Shown here: one piece after another, positions 37,336 through 46,910 of the stretch
How the letters are laid out: every line of letters begins with the position of its first letter
How positions within the stretch are numbered: the stretch's first letter is position 1
Position numbers and translations under genes: made by a program
Origin: an uncultured Lachnospiraceae bacterium
GTDB taxonomy: Bacteria; Bacillota; Clostridia; Christensenellales; UBA1242
Length of the DNA stretch: 64,000 nucleotides
Assembly (NCBI GenBank): GCA_964368755.1
Contig: CAYJCR010000005.1
Location: 7,280-71,279, forward strand
Direction: 5' to 3'
Notes under the pieces: generated by a model
What the model was told of the DNA's origin: nothing
The model's input: only the letters and a program-made list of their open reading frames with translations
Databases searched by the model: none

Positions 37336-37945
37336 ATATGATAATTTACGTTATGAAAAAGAATATCTAGACAAAGGATATATGTACATTGCTGGTATTG
37401 ACGAAGTCGGTCGTGGACCACTTGCTGGACCTGTTGTATGTGCGTGCGTAGTGATGCCACTAGGGGCTGATGATATCATCGAAGGAGTCAATGATAGCAA
37501 GAAAGTCTCCCCAAAGAGAAGAGAAAAACTTTACGATATCATTCTATCCAAAGCGATAGACTATCATATCTCAGAGGTGTCCAATGTAGTTATAGATGAG
37601 ATTAACATTCTTAATGCCACGAAGTTGTGTATGAAGAATGCTCTTGAAGGGCTCAATATTCGACCCGATGTAGTACTGATAGATGCTGTTAAGATAGACA
37701 CAGATATCGAACAGAATGGTATAATCAAGGGCGATGAGAAGAGTTACACCATTGCTTGTGCTTCGATTGTAGCCAAAGTATATAGAGATAGACTTATGTG
37801 TGATATGGCAGACAAATATCCAAACTATGACTTTGCTTCTCATAAAGGCTATGGGACAAAATCACATATTGCCAAACTCAAACAGTACGGCGAGTGTGAG
37901 ATACATAGGCAATCGTTCATCAAACATTTCAAACAAGGAAGTTGA
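37328..37945 (+). CDS. rnhB: Ribonuclease HII
   Basis: IAGIDEVGRGPLAGPVV, DSKKVS, ASIVAKV. TTG start behind GGGGAAG. Confidence 0.93.
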   Translation: MIKYDNLRYEKEYLDKGYMYIAGIDEVGRGPLAGPVVCACVVMPLGADDIIEGVNDSKKVSPKRREKLYDIILSKAIDYHISEVSNVVIDEINILNATKLCMKNALEGLNIRPDVVLIDAVKIDTDIEQNGIIKGDEKSYTIACASIVAKVYRDRLMCDMADKYPNYDFASHKGYGTKSHIAKLKQYGECEIHRQSFIKHFKQGS

Positions 37946-37947
37946 AT

Positions 37948-38298
37948 ATGAATAAGATATCTTTGGGACTAATGGGTGAGAAGACTGCTGTCAAATATCT
38001 AAGAAAACAAGGTTATAAAATCATAACTACCAACTATCGCAACACAATAGGCGAGATAGATATTGTTGCTATGCAGGGAGATATGATTGTATTTGTAGAA
38101 GTAAAAACTCGTTCTTCTATTGCTATGGGATACCCAAGAGAAGCGGTCGAAGTACATAAGCAGAACAAAATACGTACTGTCGCAACTAAGTATTTGAAAG
38201 AAAATGGCTGTCTTGACTCACAATGTCGATTCGATGTTATAGAATTGATTGGAGAAGGACAAGATTATACTATTGACCATATTCAAGATGCCTTTTAG
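37948..38298 (+). CDS. yraN: YraN family (UPF0102) endonuclease-like protein
   Basis: GEKTAVKYLRKQGYKI...GEIDIVA...VFVEVKTR core. ATG 37948, behind AAGGAAG, preferred over TTG 37942. Confidence 0.88.
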   Translation: MNKISLGLMGEKTAVKYLRKQGYKIITTNYRNTIGEIDIVAMQGDMIVFVEVKTRSSIAMGYPREAVEVHKQNKIRTVATKYLKENGCLDSQCRFDVIELIGEGQDYTIDHIQDAF

Positions 38299-38316
38299 AG
38301 AAAAAGTGATAATCAC

Positions 38317-38345
38317 TTGACATTGAATGTATCTTGTTGTAGTAT
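38317..38345 (+). promoter_or_regulatory. Sigma-A-like promoter of the T-box leader
   Basis: TTGACA (38317-38322), 17 nt, TAGTAT (38340-38345). Confidence 0.55.
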
Positions 38346-38351
38346 GATAAT

Positions 38352-38572
38352 AGTTAAATATTTGCGAAGAAGATAGATAGTAGATGATTGCTTAGTTATC
38401 AGAGAAGAGTCGGTTGGTGCGAGACTTGTAACGAGTAATGATTGAATTACACTGTTGGAGCAGACCTGCTTTACGGGTAAGTAAGTGATATGAGGCATAA
38501 GAATACATTCTTAATGCGAAATTAGGTGGTACCACGGTTGATAATCGTCCTATACATTGTATAGGATTTTTT
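38352..38572 (+). promoter_or_regulatory. T-box riboswitch leader with candidate Tyr (UAC) specifier
   Basis: AGAGA and GTCGGTTGGTGCGAGAC stem-I elements; GAAUUACA with UAC at 38448-38450; conserved T-box AAATTAGGTGGTACCACGG (38518-38536); terminator TCCTATA/TATAGGA (38548-38566) followed by T6. tyrS lies downstream. Confidence 0.85.
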
Positions 38573-38712
38573 ATTATATTTAACGAATAAGAAAGGAAAA
38601 GGTTATGACATTATTTAATCAATTGTATTGCGTATACGTCGTTTATGCCCCATTGGGGTAGAGATTTTTTATGCAAACAGGAAAAATAATTGATTAAATA
38701 AGGAGATAAGTT

Positions 38713-39183
38713 ATGAATAACATAATATTCAGGCGACTTGAAAAAGATTGGTCACGCAGGTTGCTTGAAATACAGAAAGTGATATTCAGGGAGATATTGA
38801 ACAAGTATCACGATGAGGATATCAATCCAGCGAACGAAGACCTGCCAACATTTGAAGTAAAAGTTATGGATAGGGACATTGTTTTTGGAATATTTGACAA
38901 ACAATCTTTGATTGGCTTTATTGCTATCAGAGAACAAGAAGATGGTAATAGATTGTGTAGATTGGGTTTGTTAGATAAGTATAGAGGTAAGGGAATTGCT
39001 CAAGAAGCAATAAAGTTTGGATTCAAACAATTAAATAACGGCAAGGCGTGGGAGTTGACAACGATACTTCAACAGTCCAATCTGTTGCATTTGTATGGCA
39101 AGATGGGATTTGAGATAGTTGAAGGTAAGAATTATACTGTGAATGATAATATGACTTTGATAGTTATGAGAAAGGAGAATTGA
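38713..39183 (+). CDS. GNAT family N-acetyltransferase
   Basis: 156 aa; acetyl-CoA motif A (LLDKYRGKGIAQEAI); AAGGAGA RBS. Its stop is 1 nt before the tyrS ATG. Confidence 0.85.
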   Translation: MNNIIFRRLEKDWSRRLLEIQKVIFREILNKYHDEDINPANEDLPTFEVKVMDRDIVFGIFDKQSLIGFIAIREQEDGNRLCRLGLLDKYRGKGIAQEAIKFGFKQLNNGKAWELTTILQQSNLLHLYGKMGFEIVEGKNYTVNDNMTLIVMRKEN

Positions 39184-39184
39184 C

Positions 39185-40417
39185 ATGACAAAATTATTTG
39201 AAACATTAAAAGAAAGAGGGTTATTGTACCAATGTACAGATGAAGAATTATTACAGAAACTTATTGATGGACCAAAGATCACTATATATAGTGGCGTAGA
39301 TCCAACAGCGGATAGCCTTCATATAGGGCATTGTGTACCTTATTGCATTATGAGAAGATTCCAACAAGCAGGACATAAGGTAATAATACTTGTTGGTGGA
39401 GCAACAGCATCTATCGGAGATCCATCTGGTAAAAGTGATATGCGTAAGATGTTGTCAAAAGATGATATAGATAACAATATCAACAATATCAAGAAATCGA
39501 TTGGGATATTCCTCAATTTTGATGGAGACAATCCTGCTGAGATCGTTAACAATGCAGATTGGTTCCGTGGATATGATTATATAGACTTTATGAGAGATAT
39601 TGGTGTACACTTCAATGTCAACAAAATGCTTGCCAATGAGATATATGCTAATCGTATCGAAAGTGGTGGACTTACATTCTTTGAGATGGGATATATGCTT
39701 ATGCAGGCTTATGACTTCGTATATCTCAACAAGACCAAAGGCTGTACTGTCCAATGGGGTGGTGCAGACCAATGGGGCAATATTGTCGCAGGTGTTGAAC
39801 TTGGAAGGAAACTCAATTTCCTTAACAATACTGACAAAACATTTGTTGGTGTAACCAATCCATTACTTTTGACTCCAGAAGGCAAGAAGATGGGTAAGAC
39901 AGAGAAAGGAGCAATATGGATAGATAAGAATAAGATCACGCCATATGACTTCTACCAAGGCATCTACCAGACACCAGACGCTTGTGTTGAGATGATGTTT
40001 GCCTTGTTCACTGATATTGCTATGGACGAAGTGAGAAGGCTCATCAAAGAGGATATTGTCAATGCTAAGAAGGTGTTGTCATATGAGATAACCAAGTTTG
40101 TTAGAGGCGAGGCAGATGCAGTAGCAGCACAAGAAGCATCCAACGCATTGTTTGGAAGTGGAGTTGACCTTAGCAATGTCCCTACTGTCGAATTGAGTAT
40201 GTCAAATGAAGGTGCACTTATTACCGATGTTGCTTTTGATTCTGGAGTAGTAGCAACTAAGTCCGAAGCTCGTAGAGCAATAGAGCAAGGTGGTTTGTAT
40301 CTTAACGATATCAAAGTGGAGAATATATCACAACTTGTTACTGCCAAAGATTTTGCTCAAGGTTATGCACTAATAAGACGTGGTAAGAAGACTATCAAAA
40401 AACTTATTATCAAATAG
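39185..40417 (+). CDS. tyrS: Tyrosine--tRNA ligase
   Basis: HIGH (DSLHIGHCVP), KMSKS-type (GKKMGKT), C-terminal S4 domain (SEARRAIEQGGLYLN). Confidence 0.96.
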   Translation: MTKLFETLKERGLLYQCTDEELLQKLIDGPKITIYSGVDPTADSLHIGHCVPYCIMRRFQQAGHKVIILVGGATASIGDPSGKSDMRKMLSKDDIDNNINNIKKSIGIFLNFDGDNPAEIVNNADWFRGYDYIDFMRDIGVHFNVNKMLANEIYANRIESGGLTFFEMGYMLMQAYDFVYLNKTKGCTVQWGGADQWGNIVAGVELGRKLNFLNNTDKTFVGVTNPLLLTPEGKKMGKTEKGAIWIDKNKITPYDFYQGIYQTPDACVEMMFALFTDIAMDEVRRLIKEDIVNAKKVLSYEITKFVRGEADAVAAQEASNALFGSGVDLSNVPTVELSMSNEGALITDVAFDSGVVATKSEARRAIEQGGLYLNDIKVENISQLVTAKDFAQGYALIRRGKKTIKKLIIK

Positions 40418-40434
40418 TCCTTGGGAGAATATTG

Positions 40435-41451
40435 ATGCAAAGTTTTAGTTATAATATACAACTAGACAAATTGTTCGCAATGCTAGAATTGGGAGATATT
40501 ACTGAGCCACCATTACAACTGAGTGGTGGCTTTTTGCACAAAATGTTCGTTGTTGTAACAGACAAGAATAAGTATACGGTAAAAGCACTCAATCCGAATA
40601 TTATGCAAAGGGACGGGGCACTATATAACTTCATTATTAGTGAAAAAATCGCCACTATTGCAAAAGATGATGGAATTGAAGCTGTGCCTGCTCTAATGAT
40701 AAAAGATAACAATATATATATCGTTGAAGGGCAATTCTATATGATATTTCCATTCATTGATGGAGAGGTCAAGAACCATACAAGTATTACTGTTGAAGAT
40801 TGTAATATGATTGGTAAGGTCCTAGCTAGACTACATTCTATCAACTATTATGAGTTGTGTAGTTGCAACCATCATCCTATTGCCAAGTTGGACATTGATT
40901 GGAAGAATTATAGAAAGCTCGCCAATGCATCTATGGTAGAATGGGCATCGCAATACAGTTTGCTTATAGATAGGTTAGAAGAATGGACGGCTCAAGCAAA
41001 TAATGCAATAACTCAAAGAACCGATATGGTTATAAGCCACAGGGATCTTGACCCAAAGAATGTCATGTGGCAAGATGGAAGGCCTATTATTATTGATTGG
41101 GAATCTGCAGGGGAAACTGATCCAATGCAAGAACTCATAGAAGTGGCTACGAGCTGGGCAAGCGATGATAAGGCTTTTATAGATGAAAAGTTGTTCTTTG
41201 CCGTAATAGAGGGATATGAAGAAGTTGCAGGCAAGCAGAATCTAGACTGGAATATTCCTATTGCAAAATCTTTGATAAGCAAACTTCAATGGTTGGAGTA
41301 TAATATCAAGCGATCGCTTGGAATAGAGTGCGCTGATCTTCATGAGCAAAGTATGGGTACTCAGGAAGTTATAAGCACTATGAACATACTCAAAGTATAT
41401 TCAATCAATATGAATATGCTTGTAGAATGGTTAGAAAAAATAAATATGTAA
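40435..41451 (+). CDS. Phosphotransferase of the APH/choline-kinase-like protein-kinase superfamily
   Basis: Catalytic loop ISHRDLDPKNVMW and IIDWESAG (ChoK/APH-type D-x-E). ATG 40435, behind GGGAGA, 15 nt after the tyrS stop. Confidence 0.8.
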   Translation: MQSFSYNIQLDKLFAMLELGDITEPPLQLSGGFLHKMFVVVTDKNKYTVKALNPNIMQRDGALYNFIISEKIATIAKDDGIEAVPALMIKDNNIYIVEGQFYMIFPFIDGEVKNHTSITVEDCNMIGKVLARLHSINYYELCSCNHHPIAKLDIDWKNYRKLANASMVEWASQYSLLIDRLEEWTAQANNAITQRTDMVISHRDLDPKNVMWQDGRPIIIDWESAGETDPMQELIEVATSWASDDKAFIDEKLFFAVIEGYEEVAGKQNLDWNIPIAKSLISKLQWLEYNIKRSLGIECADLHEQSMGTQEVISTMNILKVYSINMNMLVEWLEKINM

Positions 41452-41479
41452 ATATATATTAATAATTGTAAAAAAACAC

Positions 41480-41508
41480 TTGCAAATTATATAACTATAT
41501 GCTACAAT
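41480..41508 (+). promoter_or_regulatory. Sigma-A-like promoter of rplS
   Basis: TTGCAA (41480-41485), 17 nt, TACAAT (41503-41508). Leaves a structured 5' UTR of about 67 nt, possibly an L19 leader (not verified). Confidence 0.55.
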
Positions 41509-41581
41509 CAATTCTGACTTCGGATGGTCCTCTGCTAAATCGTTAGCACGAACATTTAGTTTAGATAGGGAGGTATAAGTC

Positions 41582-41923
41582 ATGAATCTTATTGACATCA
41601 TAGAGAAAGAGAATCTTAAAGAAAATGTTCCTGAGTTCGAGATTGGCGATACTGTCAAAGTATATGTTAAGATCAAGGAAGGCAACAAAGAGAGACTTCA
41701 AGGCTACGAAGGTGTTGTTATAGCACGTAAGAATGGTAGCGTTAGAGAATCTTTTACAGTTAGAAGAATTTCATTCGGTATCGGCGTTGAGAGAACATTC
41801 CCACTTCATAGTCCAAAGATTGACAAGATCGAGGTATTGAAGAAGGGTAAAGTTAGAAGAGCTAAGTTGTTCTATTTGAGAGAGAGAACTGGCAACGCAG
41901 CTAAGATCAAAGAGCAAAGATAA
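41582..41923 (+). CDS. rplS: 50S ribosomal protein L19
   Basis: [37 protein letters not shown]...[21 protein letters not shown]. Confidence 0.97.
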   Translation: MNLIDIIEKENLKENVPEFEIGDTVKVYVKIKEGNKERLQGYEGVVIARKNGSVRESFTVRRISFGIGVERTFPLHSPKIDKIEVLKKGKVRRAKLFYLRERTGNAAKIKEQR

Positions 41924-41932
41924 CTAAAATTT

Positions 41933-41963
41933 GAGTATCTACTATCAGTAGATGCTCTTTTTT
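41933..41963 (+). terminator. Intrinsic terminator of rplS
   Basis: 11-bp stem GAGTATCTACT (41933-41943) / AGTAGATGCTC (41947-41957) followed by T6. Confidence 0.85.
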
Positions 41964-42148
41964 ATTGCCTAAGCATATTAAGCACAATATATTGTGTACT
42001 ATGCAAAGTGCTTTATTATATATTGTATATTGCATAGTACTTACATAATAAATATTTTTGTCATTATGCAATTATTGAGGTCATTTTGCTTGCTATGTGT
42101 TGACATAATAATTATACTGAAGTTATCAATAGTTTGAAAGGAGATACA

Positions 42149-43681
42149 ATGTTATCGATAATCAAAAGTTTTGGTCTTAATGGTATTAGTGGATATCTTG
42201 TAAGAGTAGAGATAGATATCAATCATGGGCTTCCTGCGTATGATGTAGTTGGACTGGCTGATGTTGCTATCAAAGAATCTAAGCAACGTGTAAGGTCTGC
42301 TATTAAGAATAGCGCATTGGAGTTCCCAATCAACAAGATTACTGTCAATCTTGCCCCAGCTGACACCAAGAAAGAAGGCTCTATATATGATCTTGCTATT
42401 GCAATTGGATTATTGTCAGCAACTAGTCAAGTAGATTATGCTAAGTCCAAAGATTATGCATATGTAGGAGAGTTGTCCTTAGATGGCTCTATTAGGAAGA
42501 TCAATGGATTGTTACCAATACTGATCTCTGCAAGAGATTTGGGTGTAACTAAGATAATTGTTCCTTATGAGAATGCCAAAGAAGCGAGTTTTATAGAAGG
42601 GCTTGAAGTTATCGCTGTCAAGTCTTTGAGAGAATTGGTGGCTTATTTTAGGGGTGATATTCATATTGATCCGATAGAGCATAAGTCATATGAGCAGGCT
42701 GTCAAAGAGAATAGACCAGCTTTTGACTTTGCTTTGGTCAAAGGTCAATTCGCGGCAAAGAGAGCGCTTGAGATTGCTGCCGCTGGAGGTCATAACGTAC
42801 TTATGATAGGACCTCCTGGTAGTGGTAAGACAATGCTAGCAAGGAGTTTTCCTACAATATTACCAGATATGTCTTTTGATGAAGCACTAGAAGTAACCAA
42901 GATACATAGTATTGCAGGTGTCTTAGATGAGAAAGTTGGTATAGTTACCAATAGGCCATTCAGAGCGCCGCATCATACTGCAACAACAATTGCACTCACT
43001 GGTGGAGGTGCTAAGGCAAAGCCTGGCGAGATAAGTCTTGCACACAATGGTGTATTATTCTTAGATGAGATGCCTGAGTATTCAAGACATAGTATTGAGA
43101 CTCTTCGTCAACCTCTTGAAGATGGCGTGATAACAGTATCTCGAATACAACAGAGTGTAGAGTATCCAGCAAGCTTTACTCTCATAGCAAGTATGAATCC
43201 TTGTCCATGCGGTAACTATGGCTCCAAGACAGCTGAATGCAAATGTACTCCTAATCAGATACATAAGTATCTCAGCAAGCTCAGTGGACCTCTTATGGAT
43301 AGGATAGACTTACATGTAGAAGTTGATAGTCTAAGTTATGATGAACTCAGTGGTGAGATACAAGAGGAGAGTTCTGCAAGCATTAAAGATAGAGTTGACA
43401 AAGCTAGATTGATTCAACTTGATAGATACAAAGGTCAGAAGATATACAACAATGCCAAGATGTCTAACAATCTTGTCAAGAAGTATTGCAAGTTGGATAG
43501 CGACAGTTCGCAGTTGTTGAAGACTGCATTTGAGACCCTTAACCTAAGTGCAAGGGCACACAATAGAATACTCAAAGTTGCAAGAACGATTGCAGATCTT
43601 GAAGGATCCACAGATATCAATGCAAACCATATAATGGAAGCAATAAGTTATAGATCGCTTGACGACAAGTACTGGGTGTAG
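42149..43681 (+). CDS. comM: YifB/ComM family Mg-chelatase-like AAA+ ATPase
   Basis: Lon-like N-domain, Walker A GPPGSGKTM, Walker B VLFLDEMPE, C-terminal ChlI-type domain. Start moved to ATG 42149, behind AAGGAG. Confidence 0.92.
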   Translation: MLSIIKSFGLNGISGYLVRVEIDINHGLPAYDVVGLADVAIKESKQRVRSAIKNSALEFPINKITVNLAPADTKKEGSIYDLAIAIGLLSATSQVDYAKSKDYAYVGELSLDGSIRKINGLLPILISARDLGVTKIIVPYENAKEASFIEGLEVIAVKSLRELVAYFRGDIHIDPIEHKSYEQAVKENRPAFDFALVKGQFAAKRALEIAAAGGHNVLMIGPPGSGKTMLARSFPTILPDMSFDEALEVTKIHSIAGVLDEKVGIVTNRPFRAPHHTATTIALTGGGAKAKPGEISLAHNGVLFLDEMPEYSRHSIETLRQPLEDGVITVSRIQQSVEYPASFTLIASMNPCPCGNYGSKTAECKCTPNQIHKYLSKLSGPLMDRIDLHVEVDSLSYDELSGEIQEESSASIKDRVDKARLIQLDRYKGQKIYNNAKMSNNLVKKYCKLDSDSSQLLKTAFETLNLSARAHNRILKVARTIADLEGSTDINANHIMEAISYRSLDDKYWV

Positions 43682-43685
43682 ATGG

Positions 43686-44780
43686 ATGAGTTTTTCTGAT
43701 CAAGAAAAGGTGCTAATATGGCTCAATAGTATTGAAGGGCTTTCTTACAAAAAGAAGGAGGCTCTTTTGTCGTTGTATAAAGACATCACACTTTTGCCTA
43801 CCAATATTAAGAAAGATATGTTCAAGGTTCTACAACTAATAGATATGGATGCATACAACTCGATTATTGAGAAGTTGGGAGATATTGACAAGGAGTGGAA
43901 AGTACTTGAGAAAGAGAAAGTATCTGTACTCACTATTCTATCTGACAGGTATCCCCAAGCATTGAGAGAAGTGGATTCACCTCCAATCATTTTGTATTAC
44001 AAAGGAGATATTGATCTACTTGAAGGGAACAATATCGCTGTTGTTGGTAGTCGCAAAGTCACAAGTTATGGTAGAGTTGTGACAGAGGACTTCACAAGAC
44101 AACTTGTACGTAATGGATTCGTAATAGTAAGTGGTCTTGCAAGTGGAGTTGATTCTATTGCTCATAATATTACGCTAGCAGAAGGTGGCAAGACAATCGC
44201 TGTTCTTGCTGGAGGATTGTCGGATATATATCCTGCAGTCAATACACAATTAGCCAACAAAATAGTGTGTAATGGTGGACTTTTGGTGACAGAGTACTCT
44301 TATTATGAGAGTTCGGAGCCATATCACTTTCCGTTACGCAATAGGATAATTGCTGGACTTAGCAAAGGGGTATTGATAACCGAAGCTGGAGAAAAAAGTG
44401 GCTCTATGCATACGAAGAACTATGCTGTTGAGTATGGCAAAGAGTTGTTCTTAGTGCCTGGTAATATTACAAGTAGCAATAGTGCTGGTTGTAACAATGC
44501 AATCAAAGCCTTGCAAGGTGCAGCAGTCACTAGTCCAAGTGACATACTTGAAGCTTTTGGTGTATCTAACAGAAAGCCAGAGGCAACACTTGCCCAGTTG
44601 ACTATGGAAGAGAGTATGGTGGTCGAATTGCTCAAAAATGGTGAGATGGCGTTCCAAGAGATTGCAATAAGAACGCATTTGGATACAAAAAGCCTCGTTA
44701 CTTTGTTGACATCAATGCAAATTCGTGGAATAATTAAAAAACTTGCAGGCAACAGTTATATGCTTGCTCGTATATGTTAG
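43686..44780 (+). CDS. dprA: DNA-processing protein DprA (Smf)
   Basis: VGSRKVTSYG...GLASGVDSIAH...GGLSDIYP...EAGEKSGSMHT Rossmann-like core; C-terminal winged helix. Confidence 0.93.
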   Translation: MSFSDQEKVLIWLNSIEGLSYKKKEALLSLYKDITLLPTNIKKDMFKVLQLIDMDAYNSIIEKLGDIDKEWKVLEKEKVSVLTILSDRYPQALREVDSPPIILYYKGDIDLLEGNNIAVVGSRKVTSYGRVVTEDFTRQLVRNGFVIVSGLASGVDSIAHNITLAEGGKTIAVLAGGLSDIYPAVNTQLANKIVCNGGLLVTEYSYYESSEPYHFPLRNRIIAGLSKGVLITEAGEKSGSMHTKNYAVEYGKELFLVPGNITSSNSAGCNNAIKALQGAAVTSPSDILEAFGVSNRKPEATLAQLTMEESMVVELLKNGEMAFQEIAIRTHLDTKSLVTLLTSMQIRGIIKKLAGNSYMLARIC

Positions 44781-44816
44781 ACAAACAAAGATTAAGTGTA
44801 ATTAGAAGGAGAAACT

Positions 44817-46910
44817 ATGAAGTTAGTTATCATAGAAGGACCTGGTAAAAGAGATACTCTAAAGAAATATCTTGGCTCTGACTACGATGTTGTAGCAACC
44901 AAAGGACACATTAGAGATCTTCCACAAAGATCAATGGGTGTAGATATTACTCACAACTTTGAACCAAACTATGAGATAATGAAGGACAAAGAGAGTATTA
45001 TCAAAGAACTTAAGTATAAAGCAAGCAAAGCAAATACTGTATTGCTCGCAACCGACCCTGATAGAGAGGGAGAAGCAATATCATGGCATATTCAGAATAT
45101 ACTAAATATTGATTCTAATGTGCCTTGTAGGATAGAGTTCAACGAGATTTCGCAGAACACAGTTCTCAAAGCTGTTGATCATCCAAGGACTATCAATATG
45201 AATCTTGTGCATGCTCAACAAGGAAGGAGAGTTCTAGACAGATTGGTTGGATACAAGATTTCTCCTATTATATGTAAGAAGATTAAGGCTAATTTGAGTG
45301 CTGGTCGTGTTCAATCGGTAGCACTTAAACTTGTTGTAGATAAAGAGAAAGAAATCAAGAACTTCAAACCTGTAGAGTACTGGTCAATAGTTGCTATGCT
45401 AGAAAAGGGCAATAGTGTCTTCAAAGCATCATTAGAACAAAAGAATGGCAAGAAGTATACTTCTGGTAGCGAGAAGGAAACAAATGAAGTATTGACTTCA
45501 ATCAAAGGCAAAGACTTCGTTGTATCAAGCGTGAAGAAGACTGTTGCTAAGACTTCAGCCCCACCACCTTTTATTACCAGTACGCTTCAACAAGATGCTC
45601 TTAATAAGATTGGTATGCCTCTTAAGAAAGTTACATCAAGTGCACAACAATTGTATGAAGGTGTAGACATTAAGGGTGAAGGCAAAGTCGCTCTTATCAC
45701 ATATATACGTACAGACTCAACACGTGTTTCTCCAGAAGCACAAGCGAAGACAAAAGATTTCATTATCAAGAACTTTGGACCAGAGTATGCTCCAAAGTCT
45801 TATAACTTCTTCAAAACCAAGAAAAATGCTCAAGACGCCCATGAGGCAATCAGGCCAATATCTATGGATAGACGCCCAGAGGACCTCAAAGCATCTTTGA
45901 CTCCAGATAATTATAAGTTATATAAGCTCATATATGAGAGATTCTTAGCAAGTCAGATGAGTGATGCTACTTATAACTCACTTGTTGCTATGGTGACTTG
46001 TGAAGGGTATGGATTCAAAGTAACTGGTAAGAGTCCTATATTTGCTGGATTCACTGCTGTATACAAGCCATATGAAGAAGAAAAGGAAGATGCTGAGAGC
46101 AAACTCCCTAATCTTTCTGAAAGTGATGTATGTAAGTTAAAAGACGTCAAGTACGAACAGAAGTTTACTAAGCCACCTACGAGATACACAGAGGCTAGCC
46201 TTGTCAAAGCAATGGAAGATAAGGGTATAGGTAGACCAGCAACATACGCTCCTACAATACTTGTTCTTGCCAATCGTAATTATACCGAAAAAGATGGAAA
46301 GTACCTCAAACCAACCGAATTGGGAACAACTGTAACAGAGTTCCTTGAGAAGTATTTTGAAGATATTATGAATATATCATTCACGGCAGAGATGGAGAGC
46401 AATCTTGATAGAGTCGAAGATGGTCAGATGAGTTGGCAGAAAGTTGTAACAGGTTTTTATAGTGGATTTGATGAGGAGGTAAGACACGCAATGTACGGTA
46501 CTAAGATGAAGGTAGCTCCAGTAGAGAGTGATGTTGTATGTGAAAAATGTGGTGCAAAGATGGTTATAAGAGAGGGTAAGTATGGTAAGTTCCTTGCTTG
46601 TCCAAATTATCCTAATTGCAAGAATATCAAGAGCCTTGATGATAAACCAAAGGTCAAAGCAGGGCCTGTTGGCAAATGCCCAGTATGTGGCAAAGATGTC
46701 TTCGAGAGAAGATCCAAAGCTGGCAAGATATTCTATGGATGCAGTGGTTATCCGGATTGTAAGTTTGCTAGTTGGGATATTCCTACTGAACGCAAATGTC
46801 CAAAGTGTGGGCAGTATTTGACAAAGAAAGAGCTTAAGAAAGAAACACGTTATGCTTGCTCCAATAAGGACTGTGATTATAAGGTTGTGGAGCCTGTTGA
46901 TGAGAAATAA
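44817..46910 (+). CDS. topA: DNA topoisomerase I
   Basis: TOPRIM (IIEGPGKRDT, ATDPDREGEAISWH), catalytic Tyr region ITYIRTDSTR, three C-terminal zinc ribbons (CEKCGAKM, CPVCGKDV, CPKCGQYL). Confidence 0.97.
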   Translation: MKLVIIEGPGKRDTLKKYLGSDYDVVATKGHIRDLPQRSMGVDITHNFEPNYEIMKDKESIIKELKYKASKANTVLLATDPDREGEAISWHIQNILNIDSNVPCRIEFNEISQNTVLKAVDHPRTINMNLVHAQQGRRVLDRLVGYKISPIICKKIKANLSAGRVQSVALKLVVDKEKEIKNFKPVEYWSIVAMLEKGNSVFKASLEQKNGKKYTSGSEKETNEVLTSIKGKDFVVSSVKKTVAKTSAPPPFITSTLQQDALNKIGMPLKKVTSSAQQLYEGVDIKGEGKVALITYIRTDSTRVSPEAQAKTKDFIIKNFGPEYAPKSYNFFKTKKNAQDAHEAIRPISMDRRPEDLKASLTPDNYKLYKLIYERFLASQMSDATYNSLVAMVTCEGYGFKVTGKSPIFAGFTAVYKPYEEEKEDAESKLPNLSESDVCKLKDVKYEQKFTKPPTRYTEASLVKAMEDKGIGRPATYAPTILVLANRNYTEKDGKYLKPTELGTTVTEFLEKYFEDIMNISFTAEMESNLDRVEDGQMSWQKVVTGFYSGFDEEVRHAMYGTKMKVAPVESDVVCEKCGAKMVIREGKYGKFLACPNYPNCKNIKSLDDKPKVKAGPVGKCPVCGKDVFERRSKAGKIFYGCSGYPDCKFASWDIPTERKCPKCGQYLTKKELKKETRYACSNKDCDYKVVEPVDEK

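Noticed and set aside
38313-38498. 61-aa minus-strand ORF
   Set aside because: It lies entirely within the plus-strand T-box leader, and it has no RBS.
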